From IMG/VR virus record IMGVR_UViG_3300044691_000566, positions 32,001 through 96,000 of that record: a stretch of 64,000 nucleotides of DNA; one strand, 5' to 3'. Origin of the DNA: a virus. This document shows positions 44,924-55,700 of the stretch, one piece after another. Below the pieces are notes generated by a model. That model worked only from the letters and a program-made list of their open reading frames with translations. It made no database searches and had not been told where the DNA came from. Made by a program: the position numbers and the translations under genes. Numbering within the stretch: position 1 is the stretch's first letter; every line of letters begins with the position of its first letter.

Positions 44924-46822
44924 GTGGCCAAGATCAGACTGTGTGACCGCTGCGGAGGAAGATCATCCCCGCACATTCCCCGGGAGCGCGTGGGCGACCA
45001 GATGCTCTGCCAGGGCTGCGCACACGCCGTCGCCCGCCAGCGCACCGCCACCACCCCCACCACCGACTTCTGGCCCGGCGAACACACCCCCGAGGGAACC
45101 CACCCCCTCCTCGCCCCGCTGCCCCCCTCCGTCTGGCGCCGCTACCACAGCACCCAGCACACCGCAGCCCCCGACGCCCCCGGCTACCCCAACCCGCACC
45201 ACCAGGAGATGCACGGCCCCGACAGCCCAGCCGCCCACGAGTGGTACCACGGCACCAGCACGTCCTTCGAAGGACCCCCCAAAAGCGCCACCGAACTCAT
45301 GAACGACCACCAGTACTGGGGCAACTTCGGAGCAGGCGACTGGAACAACCACATCGGCTCCCACTGGACGTCCCTCCACGGCATGGCCAAGGGCTTCCTC
45401 GCCGCCAGCAGCGCAGGCAACCGCGTCATCCACGCCAAGCTCCACATGAAAAACCCCGTCAAATACAACTCCCTGGACCACATGACGCACGACGCCTACG
45501 AGCGCCTGTCCGCCTCCGGGGACATGCAAGACGGCGGAGAACACGTCGGCAAACACCAGGACGACGCAGGAGACCACTCCTGCTGCTCCGGAGCCCTCCT
45601 GCGCTACGCCAAGGGCGAGCACCGCTCAGACGGCAAATACGGCCTGGAACGCTACCGCGACTCCCTGCGCGCCTCCGGCCACGACGGCATCCTCATGCGC
45701 AACAACACCGACGACCCGATCGGCCACTGGAACGCCATCCCCCTGTCCGCCGACCACATACAGATCACCAACAGCGGCTGCAACCGCCCCCACCACGACC
45801 CCCGCGACCACGACGACACCGAATTCGAAGACCACCGCAGCAAGCTCCTCGGGAACTGGCAGGAAGAAAAGCCCTACCACCCCGCCCAGTACACCCACGG
45901 CAAGCCCCTGCCCGGCCCCGGAACCGTCGACCACGCACACACGCAGAAGAAGGCCGACACCTTCCCCCACCTCCAGCCCCACCAGAACCGTCCAGACGCC
46001 GACCCCCACACCCACGGCGAAAACCTGGACGAACTGCACGAGGAGAACGAACCCTCCTTCGGCGGCGAATACTGCGCGCACTGCGACGACCTCACCGACC
46101 ACACCACCGAGCAGCACGGCAAAGAACACGACCTACGGCACCTGGAAACCGAACACGGCTACGGACCCGACCACTACCTGCACCACGCACTCCAGGAAAT
46201 GAGCCCGCAGGAAGTGGCCGACCACCACGAACACGAACACACCACCGACTTCCCCAGCGGCGACTTCCCCACCCATACGCACTTCCCGAAGGAGGCCCGT
46301 ATGGCCGGGGCCATGAACAAAACCGCCCACGACAGCGGCGACGGCGCCACCATCTTCCACTGCCCCTTCTGCGGCTCCGGCCAGGTCATCGCCCGCAGCG
46401 ACCGCACCACCGAGTGCGAGTACTGCCACGCCTGCTTCACCGTCCAGGTCCAGCCCCAATTCCCCGCATTCCCCCAGACCATCGACGGAATGCCCATGCA
46501 GGTCCCCGGCATGCCCGGCCAGATCGGCGGACCCCCCGCAGCACCCCCCGGCGCCGACGGCACCATGCCCCCCGGCCAGGACCCCATGGCCGACCCCATG
46601 AACGGCGGCATGCCCGGCGAAGAAGACCCCGCAGCCCAGGACGAGCAGGACCCCGCCGCCGAAGAAGACAGCGCACCCCCCTTCGCCAAGGGCTCCATGC
46701 TCCGCACCGCCAGCGGCACCCCCCTGGACTGGGACAACTACCTCCGCCACCTCGCCATCAGGCACGCCGACAACGACCAGCGAGACGCCGTGATCGAACG
46801 CGTCCGGGGAGAACGACGATGA
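44924..46822 (+). CDS. multidomain protein with ART-PolyVal-like ADP-ribosyltransferase and Zn ribbons
   Basis: WYHGT...G.HWTS...A..F...V.HAKL.MKNP...LRASGHDGI; CxxC at both ends. Confidence 0.7.
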   Translation: MAKIRLCDRCGGRSSPHIPRERVGDQMLCQGCAHAVARQRTATTPTTDFWPGEHTPEGTHPLLAPLPPSVWRRYHSTQHTAAPDAPGYPNPHHQEMHGPDSPAAHEWYHGTSTSFEGPPKSATELMNDHQYWGNFGAGDWNNHIGSHWTSLHGMAKGFLAASSAGNRVIHAKLHMKNPVKYNSLDHMTHDAYERLSASGDMQDGGEHVGKHQDDAGDHSCCSGALLRYAKGEHRSDGKYGLERYRDSLRASGHDGILMRNNTDDPIGHWNAIPLSADHIQITNSGCNRPHHDPRDHDDTEFEDHRSKLLGNWQEEKPYHPAQYTHGKPLPGPGTVDHAHTQKKADTFPHLQPHQNRPDADPHTHGENLDELHEENEPSFGGEYCAHCDDLTDHTTEQHGKEHDLRHLETEHGYGPDHYLHHALQEMSPQEVADHHEHEHTTDFPSGDFPTHTHFPKEARMAGAMNKTAHDSGDGATIFHCPFCGSGQVIARSDRTTECEYCHACFTVQVQPQFPAFPQTIDGMPMQVPGMPGQIGGPPAAPPGADGTMPPGQDPMADPMNGGMPGEEDPAAQDEQDPAAEEDSAPPFAKGSMLRTASGTPLDWDNYLRHLAIRHADNDQRDAVIERVRGERR

Positions 46823-47022
46823 CCGACACCCGCACCCTCTACGTCCTCGTGAACTACACCGACCACGCCGCCACCCACCAGCGCGGCGAATCCGTCCAGT
46901 TCACCACCGACGACCGCGAAGCCGACGAACTCCTGCGACGCGGCGTCCTCACCACCCACCCCGTACGCCGCCAAGCCGGAGAAAACTCCGCCCGCACCGA
47001 GCCGAAGGCCGACCAGACATGA
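46819..47022 (+). CDS. small late protein
   Basis: ATGA overlaps. Confidence 0.65.
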   Translation: MTDTRTLYVLVNYTDHAATHQRGESVQFTTDDREADELLRRGVLTTHPVRRQAGENSARTEPKADQT

Positions 47023-47327
47023 TCGCCAGGGAGGTCCTCGCCCTGATCGAGGGCACTCCCTCGATCACCCTGCCCGGCATCCCCGCCAACGGCATCAACT
47101 GCCAGGGATCCAGATTCCACTCCCCGCGCCCCATGCTCCTCCACCGCGTGGAACTGCCCCACAACCCCGGACAGCCCATCTACCTCTGCGGCACCTGCGC
47201 AGACAACTACCACCTCCTGCACGCCCTGGAACAGCCCCGAAAGGTGCCCTGGCCCGTCCGACGGTGCTTCGGAAACATGATCCGGGCCCTCGTGCCCCCC
47301 AACACCCAGGAGCACGACCGTGCCTGA
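47019..47327 (+). CDS. Zn-binding late protein
   Basis: C...H...LCGTC. Confidence 0.65.
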   Translation: MIAREVLALIEGTPSITLPGIPANGINCQGSRFHSPRPMLLHRVELPHNPGQPIYLCGTCADNYHLLHALEQPRKVPWPVRRCFGNMIRALVPPNTQEHDRA

Positions 47328-49425
47328 GACGCCCCCCACCCCGGACGAATGGAAGCAGGCCGTCTTCCAGCGCCTCGGCAAGGCCATGATCCGAGGAGGA
47401 GCAGCCCGGACCGACGGCACCCCCGAAGCCGCCCAGATGAAGGCCAACCGCCGCGTCGCCATGAAGAAGACCGGCGCCGCCACCCCCGCGACCGCCTTCG
47501 CCACCGGCCGCCCCCGCGACCCCCTCTTCTACTGGAAGCAGAACAACCTCCCCTACGAGGTCGACGACGAAACCCAGCTCCGGCAGCTCCGCATGTACTG
47601 CCGCCTCCTCTACCAGACCCACCCCGTCATCGCCTCATGCATCGACATCTACACCAAATACCCCCTCCTCGGCATGGAACTGCGCTGCAAAGACGAGCAG
47701 ATAACCCAGTTCTACGAAGACCTCTTCTTCACCGAGGACGGCCTCAACTACGACGAATTCCTCCTCGACGTCGGCCGTGAATACTGGACCGTCGGCGAAG
47801 CATGGCCCTTCGCCACCTTCAATGAATCCCTCGGCATCTGGGACGACGAAGAACTCCTCAACCCCGACGACGTCTCCGTACAACGCTCTGCATTCCTCAA
47901 AGAACCCCGCTTCCTCATCCGCCTCCCCGAAACCATCCGCGAAATCATGCAGAAGCGCTCCCCCGCCTGGGAGTACGAGAAGCTCATGCAGGTCTACCCC
48001 GAACTGTCCCAGTACGGCGGCGCCGACGACATGATGCCCGTCTCCAACATTCTGCTCCGCCAGATGAAATTCAAAGCCGACACCTTCTCCAAACGCGGCA
48101 TCCCCATCCTCATGCGCGCCATGCGAGCCGTCATGCAGGAAGAAATGCTCAACGCCGCCCAGGACGCCATTGCCGACCGCCTCTACACCCCCCTCGTCCT
48201 GGTCAAACTCGGCGCCAGCGCCACCGACCTGGGCACCGAAGTCCCCTGGATCCCCACCCCGGACGACCTCGAAGAGTTCATGGAGTCCCTGGACGCCGCC
48301 CTCGCCGCCGACTTCCGCGCCCTGGTGCACAACTTCGCCGTCACCATGGAACCCGTCTTCGGCCGCGAAAACATGCCCGACATGACCCCCGACTTCGAAC
48401 GCCTGGAAGACCGCATACTCCAGTCCTTCGGCATGTCCAAAACCATGCTCAACGGCGCCTCCTCCGGCGAGACCTACGCCGCCGACGCCCTCAACCGCGA
48501 CCTCGTCTCGCAGCTCCTCACCACCTATCAGGACATGATCAAGCGCCACTTCCACCAGCGCGCCCTCGTCGTCGCGGAGGCCCAGGAGCACTACGACTAC
48601 GACGAGCGCAACGGCAAGCGCTTCGTCAAAATGGAAGAAATCCTGGAAATCGACGAGGAAACCGGCGAAGAACGCATCGTCGAACAACCCAAACTCCTCG
48701 TCCCCGAACTGGTCATGCAGACCATGTCCCTCAGCGACGAATCCGCCGAACGCGAATTCTTCGAAGCCCTCCGCGCCGCCGGAGTCCCCATCTCGATGAA
48801 GACCCGCCTCATGGCCTCCGGCATCGACTTCGAAGACGAGGTGGAGCGCACCCAGGACGAGCAGGTCCAGCTCGCCATCGCCGAGCAGGAGACCCGCAAG
48901 AAGATCTACCAGGGCCTGAAGGACAAGGGCCTCCCCATCCCGGCGGACATGAAGATCGACTTCCAGCCCGCCGCCGAGCAGGCCCAGCCCCCGGCCATGC
49001 CCATGCCACCCATGCGCGCACCCATGCTCGGCACCGACGACATCACCCCCACCCCCAATCTGGCCCCCACCCAGATGGACCTCATGGCCGACGAGCCCGC
49101 CGGAGGCGTCCCCATGCCCGGCATGGACGCCCAACCCGTGGATGGCTCGGAGACCGGCGGCGAAGCCCCCGCCGAAGGCGCCCAGCGCCCGCCCGAGAGC
49201 GACGAGCAGCGCGGCGGCATGCCCAAGCCCGCCGCCCTCTTCCGGCAGTCCGAGCGCACCCGCAAGCTCGCCCGGGAGCTGTACCGGCCCCGCGAGAAGC
49301 CCGACGACGTACCGCTCAGCGAATGGGACCCCATCGGCAAGTTCAGCCAGCCCAAGGTGGTCGGCGTCCGTCGCCACATCGAGGTCGACCCGAAGACGTT
49401 CTACGAGGAGGCAGTAAATGCCTAA
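47320..49425 (+). CDS. putative portal protein
   Basis: 701 aa; R.YCR..Y..HPVI..CIDIY..YP, GEAWP, LLNPD.V, RG.P.L.R, PL.L.KLG pattern of large-phage portals. Confidence 0.7.
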   Translation: MPETPPTPDEWKQAVFQRLGKAMIRGGAARTDGTPEAAQMKANRRVAMKKTGAATPATAFATGRPRDPLFYWKQNNLPYEVDDETQLRQLRMYCRLLYQTHPVIASCIDIYTKYPLLGMELRCKDEQITQFYEDLFFTEDGLNYDEFLLDVGREYWTVGEAWPFATFNESLGIWDDEELLNPDDVSVQRSAFLKEPRFLIRLPETIREIMQKRSPAWEYEKLMQVYPELSQYGGADDMMPVSNILLRQMKFKADTFSKRGIPILMRAMRAVMQEEMLNAAQDAIADRLYTPLVLVKLGASATDLGTEVPWIPTPDDLEEFMESLDAALAADFRALVHNFAVTMEPVFGRENMPDMTPDFERLEDRILQSFGMSKTMLNGASSGETYAADALNRDLVSQLLTTYQDMIKRHFHQRALVVAEAQEHYDYDERNGKRFVKMEEILEIDEETGEERIVEQPKLLVPELVMQTMSLSDESAEREFFEALRAAGVPISMKTRLMASGIDFEDEVERTQDEQVQLAIAEQETRKKIYQGLKDKGLPIPADMKIDFQPAAEQAQPPAMPMPPMRAPMLGTDDITPTPNLAPTQMDLMADEPAGGVPMPGMDAQPVDGSETGGEAPAEGAQRPPESDEQRGGMPKPAALFRQSERTRKLARELYRPREKPDDVPLSEWDPIGKFSQPKVVGVRRHIEVDPKTFYEEAVNA

Positions 49426-52400
49426 GCACCTGACGGTCAACGACGAGTCCGCATTTATCACCGCTGGCCAGATCGGCGTGGCCAATGGGGTCGCGGGGCT
49501 GGGGTCGGACGGGAAGGTGCCGACGGCTCAGCTCCCCACGTCGGTGACCGGCTCGGTCATCTCTGTCGACGGCCTGATCGGCAACGTCGACCTGACCAGT
49601 CGGTATGCGCTGCTGAGCACCTCCTCGCGGGTGGACTGGATCAGTCCGCTGAACTACGAGGCGGTGGCCGACGGCACGACCGATGATCATGTCGCGATCC
49701 AGGCCGCGCTGAACGCGGCTCCGGCGGGTGGCGTGGTGTTCCTGGGCTCGCGGAAGTACGGGCTCGGCGCGAAGATCACGGTGCCGCCGTACGTGACGCT
49801 GCTGGGCGGTTTCGCCGACCGGGACGGTGCGGGAGACCCTGAGGCGGCTCTGATTCCGCTGCCCGGGTTTTCCAGCCCGATGGTGGTTGAGCTGGTCGAT
49901 CAGGTGACCGGTGCGTACGGCACGGTGAGCCGGGATGCGGTGCTGGCGAACTTCACCATTGACGGGCGGCTGCTGACGACGGAGTCCGTCAATGGTGTCC
50001 AGGCCAGTGGCCTTGTGCACGGCGTGCAGATGCAGAATGTGTCGGTTCACAAGGTGCGCGGGCACGCGGTGAGCCTGGTGAGCAACAGCAGCGGCAATCC
50101 GTACTCCTGGCACCTGAGCAACGTGCAGGTCTCCGGCAGCGGGTCGGTGACGACCTGGGACGGGTTCCACTTCATCGGTACGGATCACGTGTTCGTGGAC
50201 TGCCGTACGGAGGGGGTGCGGGGCAACGGTTTCTACCTCCAGGGGTGCCCGAACTCGTCGCTGACGGGGTGCCGTGCCGAGTGGTCGGCCCTCAACGGTT
50301 TCTACATCACCGGCTCGTACGGATCGGTGCAGGGCTCGGGCAGCATCCTGCTGTCCGGCTGCTCCACCGACCGCAGCTCACAGTACGGCGTGCTGATCGA
50401 CTCCACCGGTACCGGGCACGTCATCCTCAGCGGCCTGATGGCCCGCAGGGACGGCCGCAACGGTTTCCCGGGTACGGGCGGCGGCGGGTACGCGGCGGTG
50501 CGGGTGAGCAGCGCCACCACGCCGGTCCTGGTGACGGGTCTGTCGTGCTTCCCCGGGGTCGGCGACGACGGCCTGGGGGTGAACAGTCCCGAGCGCGGAA
50601 TCAGCGTGGCCAACAGCACGTACTGCATGGTGACGGGCTCCTACCTGCACGCGGATCTCACTCCGTATCACGACGGTGGCGGAAACGGGCAGTTCTACCG
50701 GGGACCGAACGTGGCCACGGCCACGGGGATCACCAGCGCGCCCGTCCGCTCGACGACGGAGCCCGCTGCCCTGTCCGGGCCGCTGACCCTCACGCAGGGC
50801 GGCTTCCTCGGCGTGCGGGGGGCGAGCGGCAATACGCTGCTGAACGGGCAGGTCACCGGGGACACCAACAACCGGGTGAACATCTCGGCTGGCGGAACGG
50901 TGACGTGGGGGTCGGGCGGTGCGGCCCCGGATACGACGCTGGCCCGGTCGGGGGTCAACCGGCTCGCGCTGTCCGGGGACGTGAGCCTGTTCGGGGTGGC
51001 CACCACCCCGCTGGGGTGGCTGAACGTCAAGGGCCCGGCGTACGGGGCGCTGGGTGACGGGACCACCGACGACACGGTGGCCATCCAGGCCGCCATCGAC
51101 GCGGCTGCGGCTGCCGGTGGCGGCACGGTGTACTTCCCCTACGGCGTCTACCGGACCTCGAACGCCCTGGTCCTCAAGACCGGCGTGACCCTGCGGGGGG
51201 TCCACTCCACGGCGTGGGCCAACCGCTTCACCACGGCGCTGTGCTCGCTGAAGGCGACGGCGTCGTTTGCGGGCGAATGCCTGATTTCGATGCTGGGGTC
51301 GGACATCACCGGGTCCGGGCACAACGAGGGCAATTGTCGGATCTTCGACCTGGAGCTGGACGGCTCCGCCATGAGTACCGGGTCGGTGTCCGGGATCCAT
51401 GCGCAGGGTGAGGTGCTGGACGTGATGCTCCAGCGCGTGATGGTCCGGAACATGACGCACAACGGTATCCATACGAATGTGGGGACGGGTACGAAAGCTC
51501 CGCACGACTGGAGCTTTGACAGCGTCGTCGCCTACCAGAACGCCCAGTTCGGCTTCTCCATGTCCATGACGGACGGCTACGTGCGCAACTGCGTGGCCAC
51601 CACCAACGGCAGCGACGGGTGGTTCCTCGGGCCGTTCGGGAGTCTCACCATGGACTCCTGCCAGGCGTTGTGGAACACCAACCACGGTCTGACCATCGGG
51701 GGCGGCAGCCAGGTCGGCAACCTGACCGTCAACAGCTTCCTGACCGACCGCAATGGTCACGACGGGATCCACCTGGGGCCGAGTTCCGGTTCGGGTTCTC
51801 CGCCGTTCGTGCTGACCGGCATAACGCTGAACCGGGACGGCCGGAACAGCAAGGCCGGTGGCGCCGGGTACGCGGGCCTGCGGATCGACGGGTGCGCCAA
51901 CCCGGTGATCATCAACGGGCTCAACGTCAACACGGGCGTGGACGACGACGCGACGGGCGTCAACAGCCCGCAGTACGGGATCCGGCTCACCGCCACCAAC
52001 GCCTACGTGCAGGTCAACGGCGGTTATGTGCACGGGGACACGCTGGGCTGGAACGACGACGGGACCAGCACCATCGTCCGTCGCTTCAACGTGGACGAGG
52101 CCACCGGGCTCAGGACCGCTCCGGTCTTCGCCTACGGCAACAGCGTCTCCACGTACGGCAGCTCCCTCGATGTCCCCGGTCACGCGATGGGGCTGCCGAG
52201 CCCCCGGGAGCACGGCGCCATCGCCTGGTCGGTCAACCCCCGGTCGGTCCGGTCCGACAAGCTCACTACCAGCGGCACCCTCTACCTGGCTGCACTGTAC
52301 GTTCCGCGCCCGGCGACGGCCGTGAAGCTCTTCTGGGGCATCAACACGGCCGGGGTGACCCCCACGGCCGGGCAGAACTTCGTCGGGCTCTACAGCGCCG

Positions 52401-52702
52401 CCGGGACGCAGCTCGCCAGCGTCGGCGTGGACGCCCGGGTGACCACGACCGGTCCGTTCCCCGAGGCCATCAGCACCGCGCTGGTGCCCGGCATGTACTG
52501 GGCGGCCTTCCTCTTCAACGCGGCCACCCCGCCGCGCCTGTATGTCGGCAGTGACCTCAACCCGCTGCTGATCAATTTCAACCTCGCCGGGGCCACGCTG
52601 GCCTTCGCCACCAACGGCACCGGCTTGACGGCCCTCCCCGCCTCCTTCTCCCCGTCCAGCAACGTCAGCTCCCAGTTCTGCCTTTTCTCCGCGCTCGCCT
52701 GA
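49418..52702 (+). CDS. virion spike/fibre with two pectate-lyase-like beta-helix modules
   Basis: ANGVAGL..DGKVP.AQLP anchor; two [A/G]DGTTDD..AIQAA motifs; G/S/T/N-rich. Confidence 0.8.
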   Translation: MPKHLTVNDESAFITAGQIGVANGVAGLGSDGKVPTAQLPTSVTGSVISVDGLIGNVDLTSRYALLSTSSRVDWISPLNYEAVADGTTDDHVAIQAALNAAPAGGVVFLGSRKYGLGAKITVPPYVTLLGGFADRDGAGDPEAALIPLPGFSSPMVVELVDQVTGAYGTVSRDAVLANFTIDGRLLTTESVNGVQASGLVHGVQMQNVSVHKVRGHAVSLVSNSSGNPYSWHLSNVQVSGSGSVTTWDGFHFIGTDHVFVDCRTEGVRGNGFYLQGCPNSSLTGCRAEWSALNGFYITGSYGSVQGSGSILLSGCSTDRSSQYGVLIDSTGTGHVILSGLMARRDGRNGFPGTGGGGYAAVRVSSATTPVLVTGLSCFPGVGDDGLGVNSPERGISVANSTYCMVTGSYLHADLTPYHDGGGNGQFYRGPNVATATGITSAPVRSTTEPAALSGPLTLTQGGFLGVRGASGNTLLNGQVTGDTNNRVNISAGGTVTWGSGGAAPDTTLARSGVNRLALSGDVSLFGVATTPLGWLNVKGPAYGALGDGTTDDTVAIQAAIDAAAAAGGGTVYFPYGVYRTSNALVLKTGVTLRGVHSTAWANRFTTALCSLKATASFAGECLISMLGSDITGSGHNEGNCRIFDLELDGSAMSTGSVSGIHAQGEVLDVMLQRVMVRNMTHNGIHTNVGTGTKAPHDWSFDSVVAYQNAQFGFSMSMTDGYVRNCVATTNGSDGWFLGPFGSLTMDSCQALWNTNHGLTIGGGSQVGNLTVNSFLTDRNGHDGIHLGPSSGSGSPPFVLTGITLNRDGRNSKAGGAGYAGLRIDGCANPVIINGLNVNTGVDDDATGVNSPQYGIRLTATNAYVQVNGGYVHGDTLGWNDDGTSTIVRRFNVDEATGLRTAPVFAYGNSVSTYGSSLDVPGHAMGLPSPREHGAIAWSVNPRSVRSDKLTTSGTLYLAALYVPRPATAVKLFWGINTAGVTPTAGQNFVGLYSAAGTQLASVGVDARVTTTGPFPEAISTALVPGMYWAAFLFNAATPPRLYVGSDLNPLLINFNLAGATLAFATNGTGLTALPASFSPSSNVSSQFCLFSALA

Positions 52703-52717
52703 CCGTTCGAGCATCTG

Positions 52718-52751
52718 CTGTCACCCCTTCCGCCAGCGCGCGGAAGGGGTG
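52718..52751 (+). promoter_or_regulatory. candidate late promoter
   Basis: CTGTC-N20-GAAGGGGTG. Confidence 0.75.
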
Positions 52752-52768
52752 AAAGCACAGGAGGACGC

Positions 52769-55700
52769 ATGGGGCTGGGACGCCGCGAGGCCGCACACGA
52801 CACCGCGCTGTCGCGCAAGCAGGCCGGGGACTATCCCACCGACTACTCGGTGGGCCAGAAGGTCATGACGGTCGACGGCATCCCGGGCCGTGTGGAGGAG
52901 GTCATCTTCTCCCCGGCCATGGGGGAGGAGTACGACGTCGTCCTGGACGATGGGGCCGGGCGCGGGACGTATGCGCCCTCCCAGCTCTCCCCGTACGCCA
53001 CCAGCACCCACCAGGCCACCGGGACGCACCTGGCCTCGGACGACTACGAAGAACTTACGGACGTCTTGCGCGACAGGCCCGACATCGCCGTGCCGGTGCG
53101 GTTGGGGTCCCTCCAGGTGCAGGCGTCCACGGAGCCCCTGCCGGGATACGGCACGCCGGGGCCGCGTCCCGAGCCGGAGCAGCCGGATGACGACGAGCAC
53201 TACGACCCGCCGTGCGCCTACCCGCACGAGGGGCCGTGCCCGGTGTGGCCCGAACCCCACGACCACCACACGTCGTCCGTGCACCTCGCGATGCCCCCCA
53301 AGTCGGGGAAGCCCCCCGTGGGCGAGTACTCGTACAAGGTGCATCCCTCCAGCGGCCTGTTGACCGGCTACATCAACGGCGAAGAAGCCGGGTACATCAA
53401 CCACACCCCGTACCGGAACGAGGACGAGTACGGCCACTACGAGGACTACGGCGACGGGGACGACAACCACGAGCACCACCCGTTCAGTGCCGGTCACAAG
53501 GCGGGCGCCGTCAAGGTCCACATGCTGCACACCAACCCCGCGCACCGGGGATCCGGTGTCGCCTCGGCGATGATGGACTCGCTCTACCACCACTACCCGA
53601 ACGCCTGGATCAACCACGGCTACCGGACGGACAATGGGTCGACGTGGTGGAACAAGTACGACGAACCGGACCCCGGTCGCAACGTCCACAACGTGAGCCC
53701 CGACGACCACTCGCACCGGCTGAAGAAGCACTGGACGAGCCACTTCGATGTCGACGACGTGGTCAGCGACATGGACTCCCTCTCCCGCACCAACGAGGAG
53801 CAGGGTCACGAGGGCAACGCGCACCGGCAGTGGGATCAGACCGAGCACGGCGGGACCGGCGCCAGTCCTTCCTGTGAAGACTGTGACTCCGACAGGGACC
53901 ACTACTGCCACGACTGCGAAAAGTACTACCCGCACCGGTACGAGGGCGACACACACGGCGATGATTGCCCGAAGCGGTGCGAGGAGTGCGACTCCGACGG
54001 CGAGCACGAGTGCCCCACGTGCAAAGAGTGGGTCCATCACGACGACCTGGAGCAGCACGAGCAGGACCACCAGGACGAGCATGCGGCCGACGACGAGCAC
54101 GACCCCGTCCAGGTCGGCCTGCACAACTCCGTCACGGTCCCCCTCACCCGCAAAGAGCACGACTTCGTGCACAATCCGGCCATCCCGGCGGACAAGCGGG
54201 CCCACCACCTGCTGAACCGGATCGGGCGGGGCGCCATGCCCAGCCACGACTGGGACGTCGACCCCAAGACCTCGCACGAGATCGAGCACGACTCCCACGA
54301 GCAGACCCCCTACTCTCGGGGCCTGCACACGACGGTGACCCTGCATGCCCACCCGCTGAACGAGCACGAGGCCCAGGACGGTTTCGGCAACGACAGCTAC
54401 ACCCGTGAAGGCGAGCGGTCGCACTTCGACGCCGTCCCCACCAAGTTTCGGCTGAAGGGCATGTCCTGGGGTGACGGCCCCCGGGAGGCGGAACATCACC
54501 ACGAGTTCCCCGGCCACGGCCAGCGGGTGGCCACCGCGCCCAGCACGTACAACAGCCAGCCCGGGAACTACCCCCGCAGCCTCAAGCCCCTCCTGCGCCA
54601 GCCGGGCCACGAGCGCCCGGCCCCCGAGGTCCACCCCGAGCAGGGCAAACTCTTCGCCCGGAAGACGGCCGCGACCCGTGCCGACTTCCAGTTCGAGCAC
54701 GAGGACACCGACATCCGTGGCATCAAGCACGGCTACAAGAACCACCTGCGGGCCATCCACCCGGAGACGGGGGAGCACGCCGGGACGCTGACATACTTCG
54801 CGCCCACGCGTAAGGGTGCCCCGGTGATCGTGGACGATCTGACGACGTCGCACCCGGGCGCGGGCTCCGCGCTGATGGACGAGGTGGAATCCCGGCACCC
54901 GGGCAGCCGGATTCAGCACGGCGTGGACAAGCCCATGAGCAAGGGCAAGCCGCACTACGACCACTCGGACTATGGCAAGGCCACCGACTGGTCCGCCCAC
55001 TACCCGAACCTGCCGGAGCAGGTCCACCGGGGCCTGAACGTGCGCCTGGAGGGTTCCGACGCCCGAGCGGTGACGCGCGGGGAGGGGTCGGCCGCCGACC
55101 ATGCCCAGATCCTGCACAGCGCCTTGCGCGATGGCGGACCTCTCGGCATGCACTGGTCGTCGGACGAGGAGACCAGCCGGAACTTCGCACACCGCAACAT
55201 TCGGGACCCCCGTAAGGACGTGCCGGTAATCCTGCACGCCGACCGGCCCGCCCAGAAAGACCTCGAAACCCGGCCGAACGTGCTCAAGAACAACGGGGTG
55301 TGGATGCACGACTACGAGCACGGCGACGCCGAGGTGCCGGTGCGCCGGGGCCGGTCGGTGAACCTCCGGGGGATCTCCTGGAAGCCGGACGCCCCGCACT
55401 CGGAGGCCGACGCCAGCGGCTGGGTGCACCACACCTTCGGCGAGGGCAGTCAGCACACTGCCGCTCTGTACGCGGCCGTCGGGGGCGAACCGGTCTACCG
55501 GGGCTTGAACCTCGGGCTGGCGAGCGACGAGGACGTGGAGCATCTGCACCGGGACCCGGTGGGGTACCTGAACCAGAAGGGCTTCCGGCCCCACGAGGCG
55601 GGCATCCACTGGTCCACTGACCCGTACACCGCGCACAACTTCGCCCTGGCCCACGATGAGGACGACGACGACGCCACTCCGCACACCCACGGGGTGATCC

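Noticed and set aside
49418-52702. Diversity-generating retroelement TR/VR pair
   Set aside because: The internal similarity is a diverged domain duplication without adenine-specific differences; no reverse transcriptase in the window.
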